IMG/VR virus record: IMGVR_UViG_3300024272_000023
DNA length: 64,000 bases
Origin: a virus
Taxonomy: Duplodnaviria; Caudoviricetes
Strand: one strand, 5' to 3'
In this document: positions 39,001 to 47,832 of the stretch, piece after piece
Numbering within the stretch: position 1 is the first letter of the stretch
How the letters are laid out: the number at the start of each line of letters is the position of its first letter
The notes under the pieces: generated by a model
The model's database searches: none
Told to the model about the DNA's origin: nothing
What the model saw: only the letters and a program-made list of their open reading frames with translations
Position numbers and translations under genes: made by a program

Positions 39001-42000
39001 CTCAACAGAATAGCTATCCAAACCAATTACTCTTGCGCTACTTCCAACAAGAGTTATATCTTTGTTTCCTCCTGTGTTAAGAAGCAAATTCCTACCACCA
39101 ATTTCAATATTATCAATAGCACTGTCTATCGAGCCCTGTATTGAAACCGAAAATGTCTCATTAACTAATAAATTATTGACATCTATTTGGTCTGCAGTAA
39201 TAGTGCGGGTCGCAATATTCGCGCCATGAATGGTGGTACTCCCTAAAGTGCTCAAATCGGTCATCGTAACGTATCCATTAAGATTAATATGGTCCGCCTC
39301 AATTACAACCGATGAACCTGCATCATTAACCGCAGTAACAATTGACGCCGCAGTTACCTTACCATCTTCTCCGACACTTTCAACGACCTGTGCAATACTT
39401 GCGCCAGCATTATCTGCAGTCTGCTTAATATTTGCTAGATTATATTGACTACCGCCAGGATCTGTTTTCCAGGATGTTATACTTTGAACTTCCGATGCGG
39501 TATCTGATAACCACGCACCAAATCCGGCAACACTACCGTATGCGTCAACAACCTCGGCAACAATACTATTTGTATCCTGTCTAACCTGACTCACAGCTCT
39601 GCTCTGAGAATTACCTGCCAGTGTGGCAACAACGACCCAATGATACTGCGTAGCATTGCTTTCATCAACATACGATTCCCACTTATAAAGAGTATAAGCT
39701 TCATAGGGAGAAGTGACGTTGGCACCGTTAGTATACCAATAACCAAAATTACCGCTAACAGTTGGCTCTGTTGTGGTAAAATATACAGCCTTAGATGAAG
39801 TATTAACTTCACTTGTCTCCGTGTAATTTTTATCAATGGTAATCCATCGATATTGATCGCTAACTTTGCCCCACTTATATAAATACTGCGGAGTAAAGCT
39901 CCTTGTGTATTTTTGAACTGCTTTATCGACATCTGTATATTCATATTCTTCTGTGACACTTACGGTTGGCACATAAATCATACCCTCTTCAAGCACACTC
40001 GCCGCTTGCTCTAAAGTAAAACCATAAGCCTGAGAATGTGGTCCAACGCTATATTTATCCATATTTGATACAGTACTCTGAATATAAGCACCGTTAGCAT
40101 CTGCCTTTTGTTCGATACGGGCCATAGAGGTATTGGTATCACCTTGCCAAGAAGTCAAACTGTTAATGCTTGAACTGGTCGCATCAGTAACAACTTGAAT
40201 ACCAGCAATTGAAGCCGGCAAACCTGCGGTGTAAGCATCAGCGGTTTCCTTCCAACCTGCTTCATAATATCTATATACCTTATCCACAACAATATAATAA
40301 ACATGGTTTGTGTCCACTTTACTATTGTTTTGTAAAGCGGCCCACGAAGATGTCCTTGTCCATGAATTACCACCCACACAATAAGCATATTTTCTAGTCC
40401 CGTCCTCTTTAAAAGCATAAATCTTAGAGGTATCTCTGTTCTTATCAACCCATTCGGGCATAACGACATATTTGCCAGCAACACGGTTAGAAACAAGAGA
40501 AACATTTGATTCATTCTCCTTAATGTATGTATTAAGTCCGGCAAGTCCAGTAACTGTTGTACCATCGTTTTTGGTAAATTCATGATTAACAATTGCACTT
40601 AATTCTGATGTATTATCATTAACATCTGCTACCAAGCCAGCAATTCCGCTGTTGCCGCTATCACTATTGCTATATTGCGCCAAAGTATTAATGCTAGCGG
40701 AATTTGCATTTGCCGTTGCTGTTATACCTGCGAGAGCAGTATTGGTTTCATTTTTCCACGAAGTTATTTGTTCAATACTCGCCTTATTAGTATCCGCCGT
40801 TGCTTTAACTCCGGCAATTGTCGTGTTTAATTCCGTATCTTTTTGTGTCAATTGTTCAATACAAGCCTCATTTGCACTAGCAGTTTGTTTAATAGAAGCA
40901 ATGCTCGAAATATCGCTTTCTACCTCTGATTTCCATGAAGCTAAAGAACTAATACTAGATTCATTGACATTTGCCTTTTGTATAACGGCTGCGATAGATG
41001 TGTTAGCTGTGCCCTGCCACGCAGTAATTGATTCGATACTAGTTTTGTTAGCATCAGCCTGTTGCTTGATTGAGGTAATGCTCGACACTTCATCTCCTAC
41101 ATCAGATTTCCAGCTCGTTAGAGTTTCCACAGAGGCTGTATTCTCATCCACCTGTGCCTGCAACCCCGCAAGATTGTCATCAAAGCCCGCTAAAGCCGAA
41201 ATAGAACTCTTATTTTCATCAACCTGTGCTACCAAACCAGCAAATCCAGTTTTGCCGTCTTTTTCATACGAAGCAACTGCAGAAAGAGCAGCCTCGTTGG
41301 CATTAGTCGTCGCCTCTATTTCAGTAATAGATGTCGTCGTCTCGTCTTTCCACGCTGTCAGAAGAGTAATATTGGCTTCGTTTGCATCTGCTTTTTGTTC
41401 GACCGAAGCAATACTTTCTGCCATATCCTCGGGGGCTGGAGTCCAATCCATTACCTGATTTCCTCTTTCAAGTTTTATGTTCCATAAGTCATAAGTTATT
41501 ACCATGTCAACACCACGGTTGGGCTGTATATAAATATTTTCATCGCTTAAAACTTCTGGATTCACCACGAAGGTTAAAATAATATAATGCTCCTTAAACG
41601 GTTTATCTGTGCTTCCGTCCTCATCTAACGGGATTCCATTCCCATAGGCTGAAAGCGATGGCATTTGAACTCCATCCAAAATGATTTTTGAAAATATAAA
41701 ATCAGCACTGTGACCTCCGATATTTTTTAATGTACCACTAGTGCCCTGAAAGAAATAACTAAGGGTATAAGTTTCTTTGCTTTTTAATATCTCCTGGCTT
41801 ATTCGTGTGCCATGGTATCCTGCATTTTTGGTAATATTCCAACCTTTTTTGGAACCATTATTTATAGTATTATTAACGGTTACGCCAGAGTGAGTAATGA
41901 ACTTATCACAAGCAAGGTTTTTACCTCCGATAGAAAAATTGTTTTGCCACGTAGTTACATTCTTAATACTGGCCTTATTTTCATCTACCGCCTGAGTTAT

Positions 42001-43857
42001 CCCCGCGATAGCTGTAGAAGTTTCTGTCTCAAGCGATGTTACCGACTCGATGGTGGCGTAAGTTTGAGATGCTTCTTGTTTTACTCCGGCAATTGCCTCC
42101 GAAGTTTCCGCTTCTAATGAGGTCACAGACTCGACAGTAGCATATGTATCAGCCACCTCTTGTTTTACTCCGGCAATTGCCTCCGAAGTTTCCGCTTCTA
42201 ATGAGGTCACAGACTCGACAGTAGCATATGTATCAGCCACCTCTTGTTTTACTCCGGCAATTGCCTCCGAAGTTTCAGACTTAAGCGACGTGACAGATTC
42301 GATAGTGGCATAAGTATCCGAGACCTCTTGTTTAAACCCAGCGATAGATGTATTGGTTTCGTCTTGCCATATAACAAGACCTGCTAGTGTTGTCGAGTCA
42401 CTGTCTGCCCTTGCCACAAACCCAGCAGTCCCAGATTGTGTGCCGTTACTCCATGTTGCCAATGGTTCTACTTCTTGCACGAGTGATGTAATGTCTTCCT
42501 CGACTTCACCGATACTTTGGCTGAATTCATCGCGAGTATCATTTAAATTATTTTTTGTATCTTCTAAGCCTGAGGCAATATTATCTATATTATTCTGCAA
42601 TTCATCACAGGTATCTATCAAATCTTTTTTAGCTCCATTTAGTTCCTCAGATACCTCATCAATATTATTTTGTAAATCTTCACAAGCACCCTGCAGTTCT
42701 TCCTTGGTTGCCTGCAACTCAAGAGCCGCATTCTCTAAACCGACCTGCATATCTATAGCCTGCTTTTCCATCTCTTTTCTTAATTCGGTGTTTTCTACCA
42801 ACGCCTCGTTAGCTTTCTCAACTGCCTCATTGCGCATACTCTCAGCAGAAGTCGCCGCACTCTCGGCAATAGCTTTGGCTTGTGAAGAAATCAGCGTAGA
42901 GTTTGAAACCTGTGCTCCTAAATTAGTCACTTCACCCTCAAGCTTATCAACTGTACCTAAAGCCCCATCTACCTTATCAGACATTATCTTATTAGACGTG
43001 TCAACCTCTGACGCCTTTTGATAAGCCTGATTCGCCACGTTGACTGCAGATATAATATTCGCCTCGGCAGCATCCATGCGAGAGTCCAGCTCTTGTAATT
43101 CAGCACCAATTAAATTGATCTGATCTGCCGTTATATTTAATTTAATAGTTGCATATGGCACACCATTAATATTATGTAGTGCCACAACCTTATAACCACG
43201 CTTCGAGCTAACCGTAGTTGCTACGCCATATGCATTAGAAACAACATAGTCGCCCTCAACAACATCCAACTCACATCTCACAGGTGCTACGCCCGAAGTG
43301 GCCACTAATCCATAATGTTCATCTCTTGCGATATCGTCTTGCCCACCAACAAAAGCGGCGCTATCAACAACGACACCAAATATATCATCGCCTGTGCAGA
43401 TAGATATGGTGCGAGCTTCCTTGTTTAATGTTACAAAATATCCCACACCGTTCTCGCCAATCGCGTGCCCATCTGCCCATTCGTAATAGTCTGCATTACC
43501 TTTTTTATCCGAATATATTGTTTGAAGGGCTTCGATTGAATTCAGCTCTTCACGAAGCCCAGTAATTGCGGTGATAGGGTGTGCATCATTAAGTTCTCTG
43601 TGATTTAATAAAGCGTGATTAAGTGCATCATCTTCCCCAGATGCAGGAAAAGCTTCAGACATTTCAATATCAATAACTTCAACGTCAGTTACCTCTATAA
43701 AAGGCGTGTTCTCCTGGATAGCTACATCGCTTTGAACATCGACCACTTGTAGATCTTCATAAACCATTTCCTCTTCCTGCTCATCGGATACCTCTATAAC
43801 AGGTACCTCCTGATCGATCACTTGCAGATCTTCATAAATTATTTCTTCTTCCTGCAT
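36037..43857 (-). CDS. giant tail fibre/adhesin (2606 aa): G2-like domain, coiled-coil stalk, CBM-like modules, BspA LRR, C-terminal peptidase S74 chaperone
   Basis: NADYYEWADG..GYFVT..IFGVV; three GG[KR]NL..K[LI]E[KR]GN...WTPAPED modules; VTSIG..AF repeats; SDRNEK..LQPVRY..GFISQDV..LRYGEFIA. Confidence 0.85.
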   Translation of the reverse strand: MQEEEIIYEDLQVIDQEVPVIEVSDEQEEEMVYEDLQVVDVQSDVAIQENTPFIEVTDVEVIDIEMSEAFPASGEDDALNHALLNHRELNDAHPITAITGLREELNSIEALQTIYSDKKGNADYYEWADGHAIGENGVGYFVTLNKEARTISICTGDDIFGVVVDSAAFVGGQDDIARDEHYGLVATSGVAPVRCELDVVEGDYVVSNAYGVATTVSSKRGYKVVALHNINGVPYATIKLNITADQINLIGAELQELDSRMDAAEANIISAVNVANQAYQKASEVDTSNKIMSDKVDGALGTVDKLEGEVTNLGAQVSNSTLISSQAKAIAESAATSAESMRNEAVEKANEALVENTELRKEMEKQAIDMQVGLENAALELQATKEELQGACEDLQNNIDEVSEELNGAKKDLIDTCDELQNNIDNIASGLEDTKNNLNDTRDEFSQSIGEVEEDITSLVQEVEPLATWSNGTQSGTAGFVARADSDSTTLAGLVIWQDETNTSIAGFKQEVSDTYATIESVTSLKSETSEAIAGVKQEVADTYATVESVTSLEAETSEAIAGVKQEVADTYATVESVTSLEAETSEAIAGVKQEASQTYATIESVTSLETETSTAIAGITQAVDENKASIKNVTTWQNNFSIGGKNLACDKFITHSGVTVNNTINNGSKKGWNITKNAGYHGTRISQEILKSKETYTLSYFFQGTSGTLKNIGGHSADFIFSKIILDGVQMPSLSAYGNGIPLDEDGSTDKPFKEHYIILTFVVNPEVLSDENIYIQPNRGVDMVITYDLWNIKLERGNQVMDWTPAPEDMAESIASVEQKADANEANITLLTAWKDETTTSITEIEATTNANEAALSAVASYEKDGKTGFAGLVAQVDENKSSISALAGFDDNLAGLQAQVDENTASVETLTSWKSDVGDEVSSITSIKQQADANKTSIESITAWQGTANTSIAAVIQKANVNESSISSLASWKSEVESDISSIASIKQTASANEACIEQLTQKDTELNTTIAGVKATADTNKASIEQITSWKNETNTALAGITATANANSASINTLAQYSNSDSGNSGIAGLVADVNDNTSELSAIVNHEFTKNDGTTVTGLAGLNTYIKENESNVSLVSNRVAGKYVVMPEWVDKNRDTSKIYAFKEDGTRKYAYCVGGNSWTRTSSWAALQNNSKVDTNHVYYIVVDKVYRYYEAGWKETADAYTAGLPASIAGIQVVTDATSSSINSLTSWQGDTNTSMARIEQKADANGAYIQSTVSNMDKYSVGPHSQAYGFTLEQAASVLEEGMIYVPTVSVTEEYEYTDVDKAVQKYTRSFTPQYLYKWGKVSDQYRWITIDKNYTETSEVNTSSKAVYFTTTEPTVSGNFGYWYTNGANVTSPYEAYTLYKWESYVDESNATQYHWVVVATLAGNSQSRAVSQVRQDTNSIVAEVVDAYGSVAGFGAWLSDTASEVQSITSWKTDPGGSQYNLANIKQTADNAGASIAQVVESVGEDGKVTAASIVTAVNDAGSSVVIEADHINLNGYVTMTDLSTLGSTTIHGANIATRTITADQIDVNNLLVNETFSVSIQGSIDSAIDNIEIGGRNLLLNTGGNKDITLVGSSARVIGLDSYSVENGVLTLNANTSINEIYYRFMNPGAIALYTLEAGSTYTFSGKVKVTTSATTATSGGSLISLNVRSQANATDSEFSHYWTGGINTPIATADTTDWVYFAETFAVEENAVGYYLSFQLYYDNYYKGTIQFSELKLEKGNKATSWTPAPEDVVSAGGRNLIAKSDYSLTVDGKNTAPIAIDKNSKSGFGFVCAGGTTNYDIFCHSEDLDLETDTEYTVSFTAWLETTDTTARQKLTWDLWPDTLPQKFLEVTSVPERYHWTVSSQHTDMTNARFRVFTYEADAEGYYAKYPIYVTDIKIERGNSVTDWTPAPEDMVGRDNVITCINASSEGVTIRGDKISVDGTTTFKSWSDTINGLTTNKDGQTVINGGKIDATSLTLSADNIDSGTYSKAINVADKFIVDTNGNVVARDVDATGGTIGGWHIEEDMLYSGTELMGHVGLCSSSLSSLSYEDIFEIEKNDDDKTCEITKLKLHLSQVNIPFKIGEYSVTSIGDKAFAYQANITSVVIPDSVTSIGKEAFWNCSGLETVYIPDSVSTMGANAFSCGMTTDDLSICMIYCEATPQPSSWDSTWNNSERPVTWGYVLTSIFSSIVNPNTTSNARIFAGSAFKKPTGPILPNFLVLEDGSLYANAASINGTVNATEGHFGALSIYKGLITSKDGGLTLDSNSREVMTKKVSATEELGSPKVKTSIISGMNEMTSLDLDDSETPSEKVEVHAGSTIIKEGTFDYGIPIQLGLTIITPEEVRDEGQVQIGVSLYFKDPSTGILHKRTPLQSRTFRVTVWYTNNINISHYVTFEPGASSKSFTVPHLIQRGYKVETFDSVSYYVGDFIQPSASVVNKITCNGNFVSGKNGETTYTLGTQDSRWKEIWCVQSDLNSLSDRNEKNSIEAIPDQYGTFFDELQPVRYKFNVNDSNRYHIGFISQDVRDALQKTNISTSDFAGYIEYDKNDGSKGYGLRYGEFIALCVNEIQKLKKRVEELENKLETMQND
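36039..36054 (-). repeat. 16-bp motif, copy 7
   Basis: ACAATGCAAAATGATT. Confidence 0.85.
42074..42276. repeat. perfect 84-bp tandem repeat (about 2.4 copies, 28 aa unit)
   Basis: TCTTGTTTTACTCCGG recurs at 42074, 42158 and 42242. Protein unit QEVADTYATVESVTSLEAETSEAIAGVK; degenerate copies flank it. Confidence 0.95.
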
Positions 43858-43870
43858 TTATTATCACCTC

Positions 43871-44275
43871 TCATATAATATTTTGACCATCAAGTATAAT
43901 AAGCCCATCGTAGGTCGGAGTAGGTAAGATTACATCATCTAAAATAGAGTCGTCGTAAACCGGATAAACCGTAATTAACTGTTCTCGACTAGCAAAAGGT
44001 GTGCCCGTTGCAGTTACTGCCCTCAATTGGACTTTCGCCTTTCTTTTTTCTGTAAACCTCAATGTTTCCTCTTGGCTTAGTGTTATACTAAGCTCGTTGG
44101 ATTGACTACCTTGACGGCATTGTTCTTTAACTTTTAAAATTGGCAAGGGTCTATCATTTGATGGTCCATTGTTGTTATCTTGCCAAAAAGTGATTTTTAC
44201 TATTGCCAGTTCAGAAAAATCATACGGCATTTTAAATCGGAATTCTGCGTTTGCTCCACGAATCATAGACACCAC
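43871..44275 (-). CDS. BppU-like fibre-attachment protein
   Basis: MIRG..F, ITF.Q, LSQEETLRF..KVQLR pattern; directly upstream of the giant fibre. Confidence 0.55.
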   Translation of the reverse strand: MVSMIRGANAEFRFKMPYDFSELAIVKITFWQDNNNGPSNDRPLPILKVKEQCRQGSQSNELSITLSQEETLRFTEKRKAKVQLRAVTATGTPFASREQLITVYPVYDDSILDDVILPTPTYDGLIILDGQNII

Positions 44276-44321
44276 TCCTTTCTTTGTATTTTTAATTTAT
44301 TTATAATAAATGAGTTTTATA

Positions 44322-44870
44322 TTATGATATTTTATTGCAGAAGTCTAAAAACATCTGCTCAATTTCCTCTGTTGTGATGCCATATTCCGAAAGACCTTTA
44401 GGGACTTTCTTCATAGGTTTACGGCAAATTGCCTTGATGTGTTCAAGGTTAGTGTTAATGCCTATATGGATAGTTGAATACTGAATATGACCATAAGGTG
44501 TTGCACTTAGACCACTAATTTTGTATCCGTCAATGAGAACATCATTATCTTCATAGGTTGCTTTCAGACCTCTCTTCTTATATTGTTCGATAAGGTAATC
44601 AGCAAATCTGTGCATCCACTTATCACCAATAGCACCGAAGTGAACAACACTCACATCACCTTCACTCACTACTACAACGCCACCTGTGTGTTGAGTATTG
44701 AGTACAGTGTAGCCTTCGTTATCACATACCTCTCTGTCAATAGAGTCGGGGTCGGTCATAAAAATGGATTTTTCATCGTGAACACAATAGGCAATGCCGT
44801 GTTCTTGATTTGTGATGAAATGTTGAATTGTTGATATAGCTTCATTACTCTTTACTTTTTTAATGTTCAT
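44322..44870 (-). CDS. lipoate-protein ligase (BPL/LplA/LipB) fold protein
   Basis: HTGGVVVVSEGD, NDVLIDGYKISG (conserved Lys), IHIGINTN. Confidence 0.7.
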   Translation of the reverse strand: MNIKKVKSNEAISTIQHFITNQEHGIAYCVHDEKSIFMTDPDSIDREVCDNEGYTVLNTQHTGGVVVVSEGDVSVVHFGAIGDKWMHRFADYLIEQYKKRGLKATYEDNDVLIDGYKISGLSATPYGHIQYSTIHIGINTNLEHIKAICRKPMKKVPKGLSEYGITTEEIEQMFLDFCNKIS

Positions 44871-46333
44871 TATGCTTCCTCCGTAATCTTATCTGCATAA
44901 GTAGTTCCAAATGCAGATTTGTATGCTTCAGCACAACCTTTAGGGACAATAATTTGACTAACAGTATAACTACCATTACCTAAAGCATGTGTACCACCTA
45001 AATTAGGTGGAGTAGTAGAAAGAAAATGGAAAATCTTTTTTGCTGAGCTTGCCAAACCGTAAAAAGCACTGTTGCCTATTTTAGTTACTGTTGAAGGAAT
45101 TGTAACGTATGTCAGTGCCGTTGCATTTGCATTACCCCCTGAAAAGGCATCTTCACCTATCACAGTAAGCCCTTCGGGAAGAGATAAGCTTGTTAAACTA
45201 CTACAACCATCACAAAAACCTTTAGGAATTTCGAGTATACCACTAGGGATAGACATACTTGTTAAGGCTCTACAGTCCTCAAACATTCTTTCACCTAAAA
45301 CAGCGCCCTGGGGGATTGTAACGCTTGTTAGAGGGTTATAAAGGAAAGCTCTTGAACCCCAAGTTTTTACTGTTGTAGGTACAGTGATACTTTGTAGTTC
45401 ATTATATGCAAACGCACTACTGCCAACACTTGTAAGACTTGCAGGGAAATTAACACTAGTAATAGCGTTATTATAAAAAGCTTGTTCTCCTATAGATTCT
45501 ACGCCATTTGGTATTGTGTAACTACCTGACACTTTGACAAGTGCTGTAATTAACTCTTTACCGTCCTTATTAAGAAGTAAGGCACCGTCAGTAGAGTATG
45601 TCTTGTTGTTAGGGTCAATGGAAACATTAGATAGGTTTGTGCCATTAAAAGAGCTATAGGAAATACTTTTAACAGAAGCAGGAATGTGAATGTGTGATAA
45701 TGATGTACAACTGTCGAAAGCTGAATCACCTATAGATTCAAGGTTTTCACCAAGTTCCACGTTGTTTAGATTTGTACACCCGCCAAAAGCTCGCTTTCCT
45801 ATTGTTTTCAGGTTCTTGCCTAATACAACGCTCGTTAATAAAGAATTGTTCTCAAAAGCAAATTGAGGTATAGAGGTCGCCGAACCTGTGTCTTCAATAC
45901 CTATAACACATCTGCAATATGTGGTGTCATCTTTTGAAATGTTATAACTGCTGGTAGAAAATGCTGCACAATCTCCTTCAATCATCAGTGTTCCACTTGA
46001 AGGTGTTGCCACACTATCACTAGCACCTTTGAAAGTTCCGAAAAATACTTGTTGTGCACTAGGTTCTGCTGTACCACTTGTATCTGAAATAGGCTTTTGT
46101 ACACCACCATAAGTAACTCTAACTTTTCCGTTGGGTTTAGGATAAATGTCAAGTAATATAAACTCTTCGTTTGGGCGTGTTGTACCACCTGAGTAGGTAT
46201 CGGAAGTGATTTTCTTAACCTCTAAAACAGCAGGCCCACCTAAACTCCACAGAATACGTCCTGCATTATCAGTAATCAGTGTTACTACACCTTCGGGAAT
46301 GTCAAGGCCTTGCAATGTAGCAAAATCAATCAT
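44870..46333 (-). CDS. BspA-type leucine-rich repeat protein
   Basis: About 12 repeats of LxSxxIPxxVxxIGxxAF. Confidence 0.9.
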   Translation of the reverse strand: MIDFATLQGLDIPEGVVTLITDNAGRILWSLGGPAVLEVKKITSDTYSGGTTRPNEEFILLDIYPKPNGKVRVTYGGVQKPISDTSGTAEPSAQQVFFGTFKGASDSVATPSSGTLMIEGDCAAFSTSSYNISKDDTTYCRCVIGIEDTGSATSIPQFAFENNSLLTSVVLGKNLKTIGKRAFGGCTNLNNVELGENLESIGDSAFDSCTSLSHIHIPASVKSISYSSFNGTNLSNVSIDPNNKTYSTDGALLLNKDGKELITALVKVSGSYTIPNGVESIGEQAFYNNAITSVNFPASLTSVGSSAFAYNELQSITVPTTVKTWGSRAFLYNPLTSVTIPQGAVLGERMFEDCRALTSMSIPSGILEIPKGFCDGCSSLTSLSLPEGLTVIGEDAFSGGNANATALTYVTIPSTVTKIGNSAFYGLASSAKKIFHFLSTTPPNLGGTHALGNGSYTVSQIIVPKGCAEAYKSAFGTTYADKITEEA

Positions 46334-47256
46334 CCTACATACACCGCCTTTGTTACGATTCTGCCGTCTTCAAGGGTGAAAGTCCAAGTTTCGGTTTTCA
46401 AGCCAAGCTGCTCAAGAGTCACTCCGTGAGGATTATTTTTGTCATTAATATGTGCAGTAAGATTACTCTGAACGGCTGCCGCACTACCAGGAGCGTCTGC
46501 TTGTGTGAGATATCCAGCGTCATTTGTGAACTGACTCACATTAGTGGGTGTTCCCGTCAAATCTCCGTATGCGCCACTCGTTGCCACGTCTGATAATCCA
46601 AGTATGTCCGCAGTCACCCCATGTGGATTTCCACTTGTTATCTGACTATGATCATAAGCGGTTTTCCCCTTATCTCCATAATATGCAGTATTAGAAGTTT
46701 CACCAAGTGCGAGTGACTCCGAAATTTCTGCAAATACCGAACTGCTCCAACGATATGTTCGAAGAGAAGCAAGATCAAGATAGATTTTACCTGTTTCTGG
46801 AGCTATCTCTTTTGCCTTAGCTTCATCTTCATAAAATTTAGTACAATCCTCACTTACATAGCCTTCTATAACGTCATCAACATATGAAGGCAGCTGAGTG
46901 GACGGAACGTGCCCGTTAGCATCTAAAGTTGCCACACCACTCGCAGTACCCTTTTGAGCAATTGGAATGGCGCCCACTTCGTCGGGTCCATAACTCGGTT
47001 TAGTTTCTGCTTTGGCCCAATCAGGCACGGTGGGGTCGGTTTCAGTATATGATTTGGCATTATCGAGTGCCGTCTGCACCTCTTCAGTAAGGTCGCTCTT
47101 GGCAACCTCGTCTTTTGCAGCGAGGCTACCAAGAGTAGGTTTGTTTTTTATAAAATCTAATTGTGTTTCGTCGGTCTGGGTCCAGTCTGATTGAGGCATC
47201 TTCTTAAGACTACCTCCACCGCCACCGACCGTATCGCCGTAAATAGGTTTACTCAT
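46330..47256 (-). CDS. tail fibre-like structural protein
   Basis: QSDW.Q....DFIKNKP, ETDPTVPDWAK, GVATLD..G.VP..QLPSYVDDV, NPHGVT repeats. Confidence 0.75.
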   Translation of the reverse strand: MSKPIYGDTVGGGGGSLKKMPQSDWTQTDETQLDFIKNKPTLGSLAAKDEVAKSDLTEEVQTALDNAKSYTETDPTVPDWAKAETKPSYGPDEVGAIPIAQKGTASGVATLDANGHVPSTQLPSYVDDVIEGYVSEDCTKFYEDEAKAKEIAPETGKIYLDLASLRTYRWSSSVFAEISESLALGETSNTAYYGDKGKTAYDHSQITSGNPHGVTADILGLSDVATSGAYGDLTGTPTNVSQFTNDAGYLTQADAPGSAAAVQSNLTAHINDKNNPHGVTLEQLGLKTETWTFTLEDGRIVTKAVYVG

Positions 47257-47797
47257 CTTCAGACACCTCCATATCTAATACAACTTCAGTCACAGTCGCT
47301 TGTATCGGAAGTGAGCCTTCTGGCTTAGCACCAACGGCATAGACCGTAATAACACCACCGACATTTTTAGTAGTCAATGCAACGCCCCAATCGTAGAGAC
47401 GACATAAGTCACTAGTTGTGGGCTGTAAATCGACCTTGCTATTTGGTGTAATAACTGCATTTTCCACAGTTACCACCTGCGAGTATGTGTCCACCACATC
47501 TGCACCATCAATATCCACCGCTTGCTCCCACTTATCCGCATAAAGCGTAACAGATATAGGTTTCGGCAAAAGGAAGCTATCGACGCTCATATATGGTAAA
47601 GCACTGAATGGATCTTTACCGTTACCAATTTTAAGTCTTGGAATGCCGTTATCATATTCAAGAACGAGTTCACCAGCAAGCGGTATAAGATGATTCGGTT
47701 GGGCCTCATATTCGGCCCAATCATCTCGTGGCGAGCCTGTCTCAGGATCTGAATCCCATTTCCAGCCACGACGTAGTTGAGAGATATATATAGACAT
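47249..47797 (-). CDS. fibre protein with hyaluronidase/Mtd-N-like N-terminal module
   Basis: QLRRG..PLAGE...RLKIGNG..FSALPY. Confidence 0.7.
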   Translation of the reverse strand: MSIYISQLRRGWKWDSDPETGSPRDDWAEYEAQPNHLIPLAGELVLEYDNGIPRLKIGNGKDPFSALPYMSVDSFLLPKPISVTLYADKWEQAVDIDGADVVDTYSQVVTVENAVITPNSKVDLQPTTSDLCRLYDWGVALTTKNVGGVITVYAVGAKPEGSLPIQATVTEVVLDMEVSEDE

Positions 47798-47832
47798 CAA
47801 TCTCACTCCTTTCTTAAATAATATTATTTCTA

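Noticed and set aside
42074-42276. Tandem repeat as a CRISPR array
   Set aside because: The units are contiguous, identical and in frame within a CDS, with no unique spacers.
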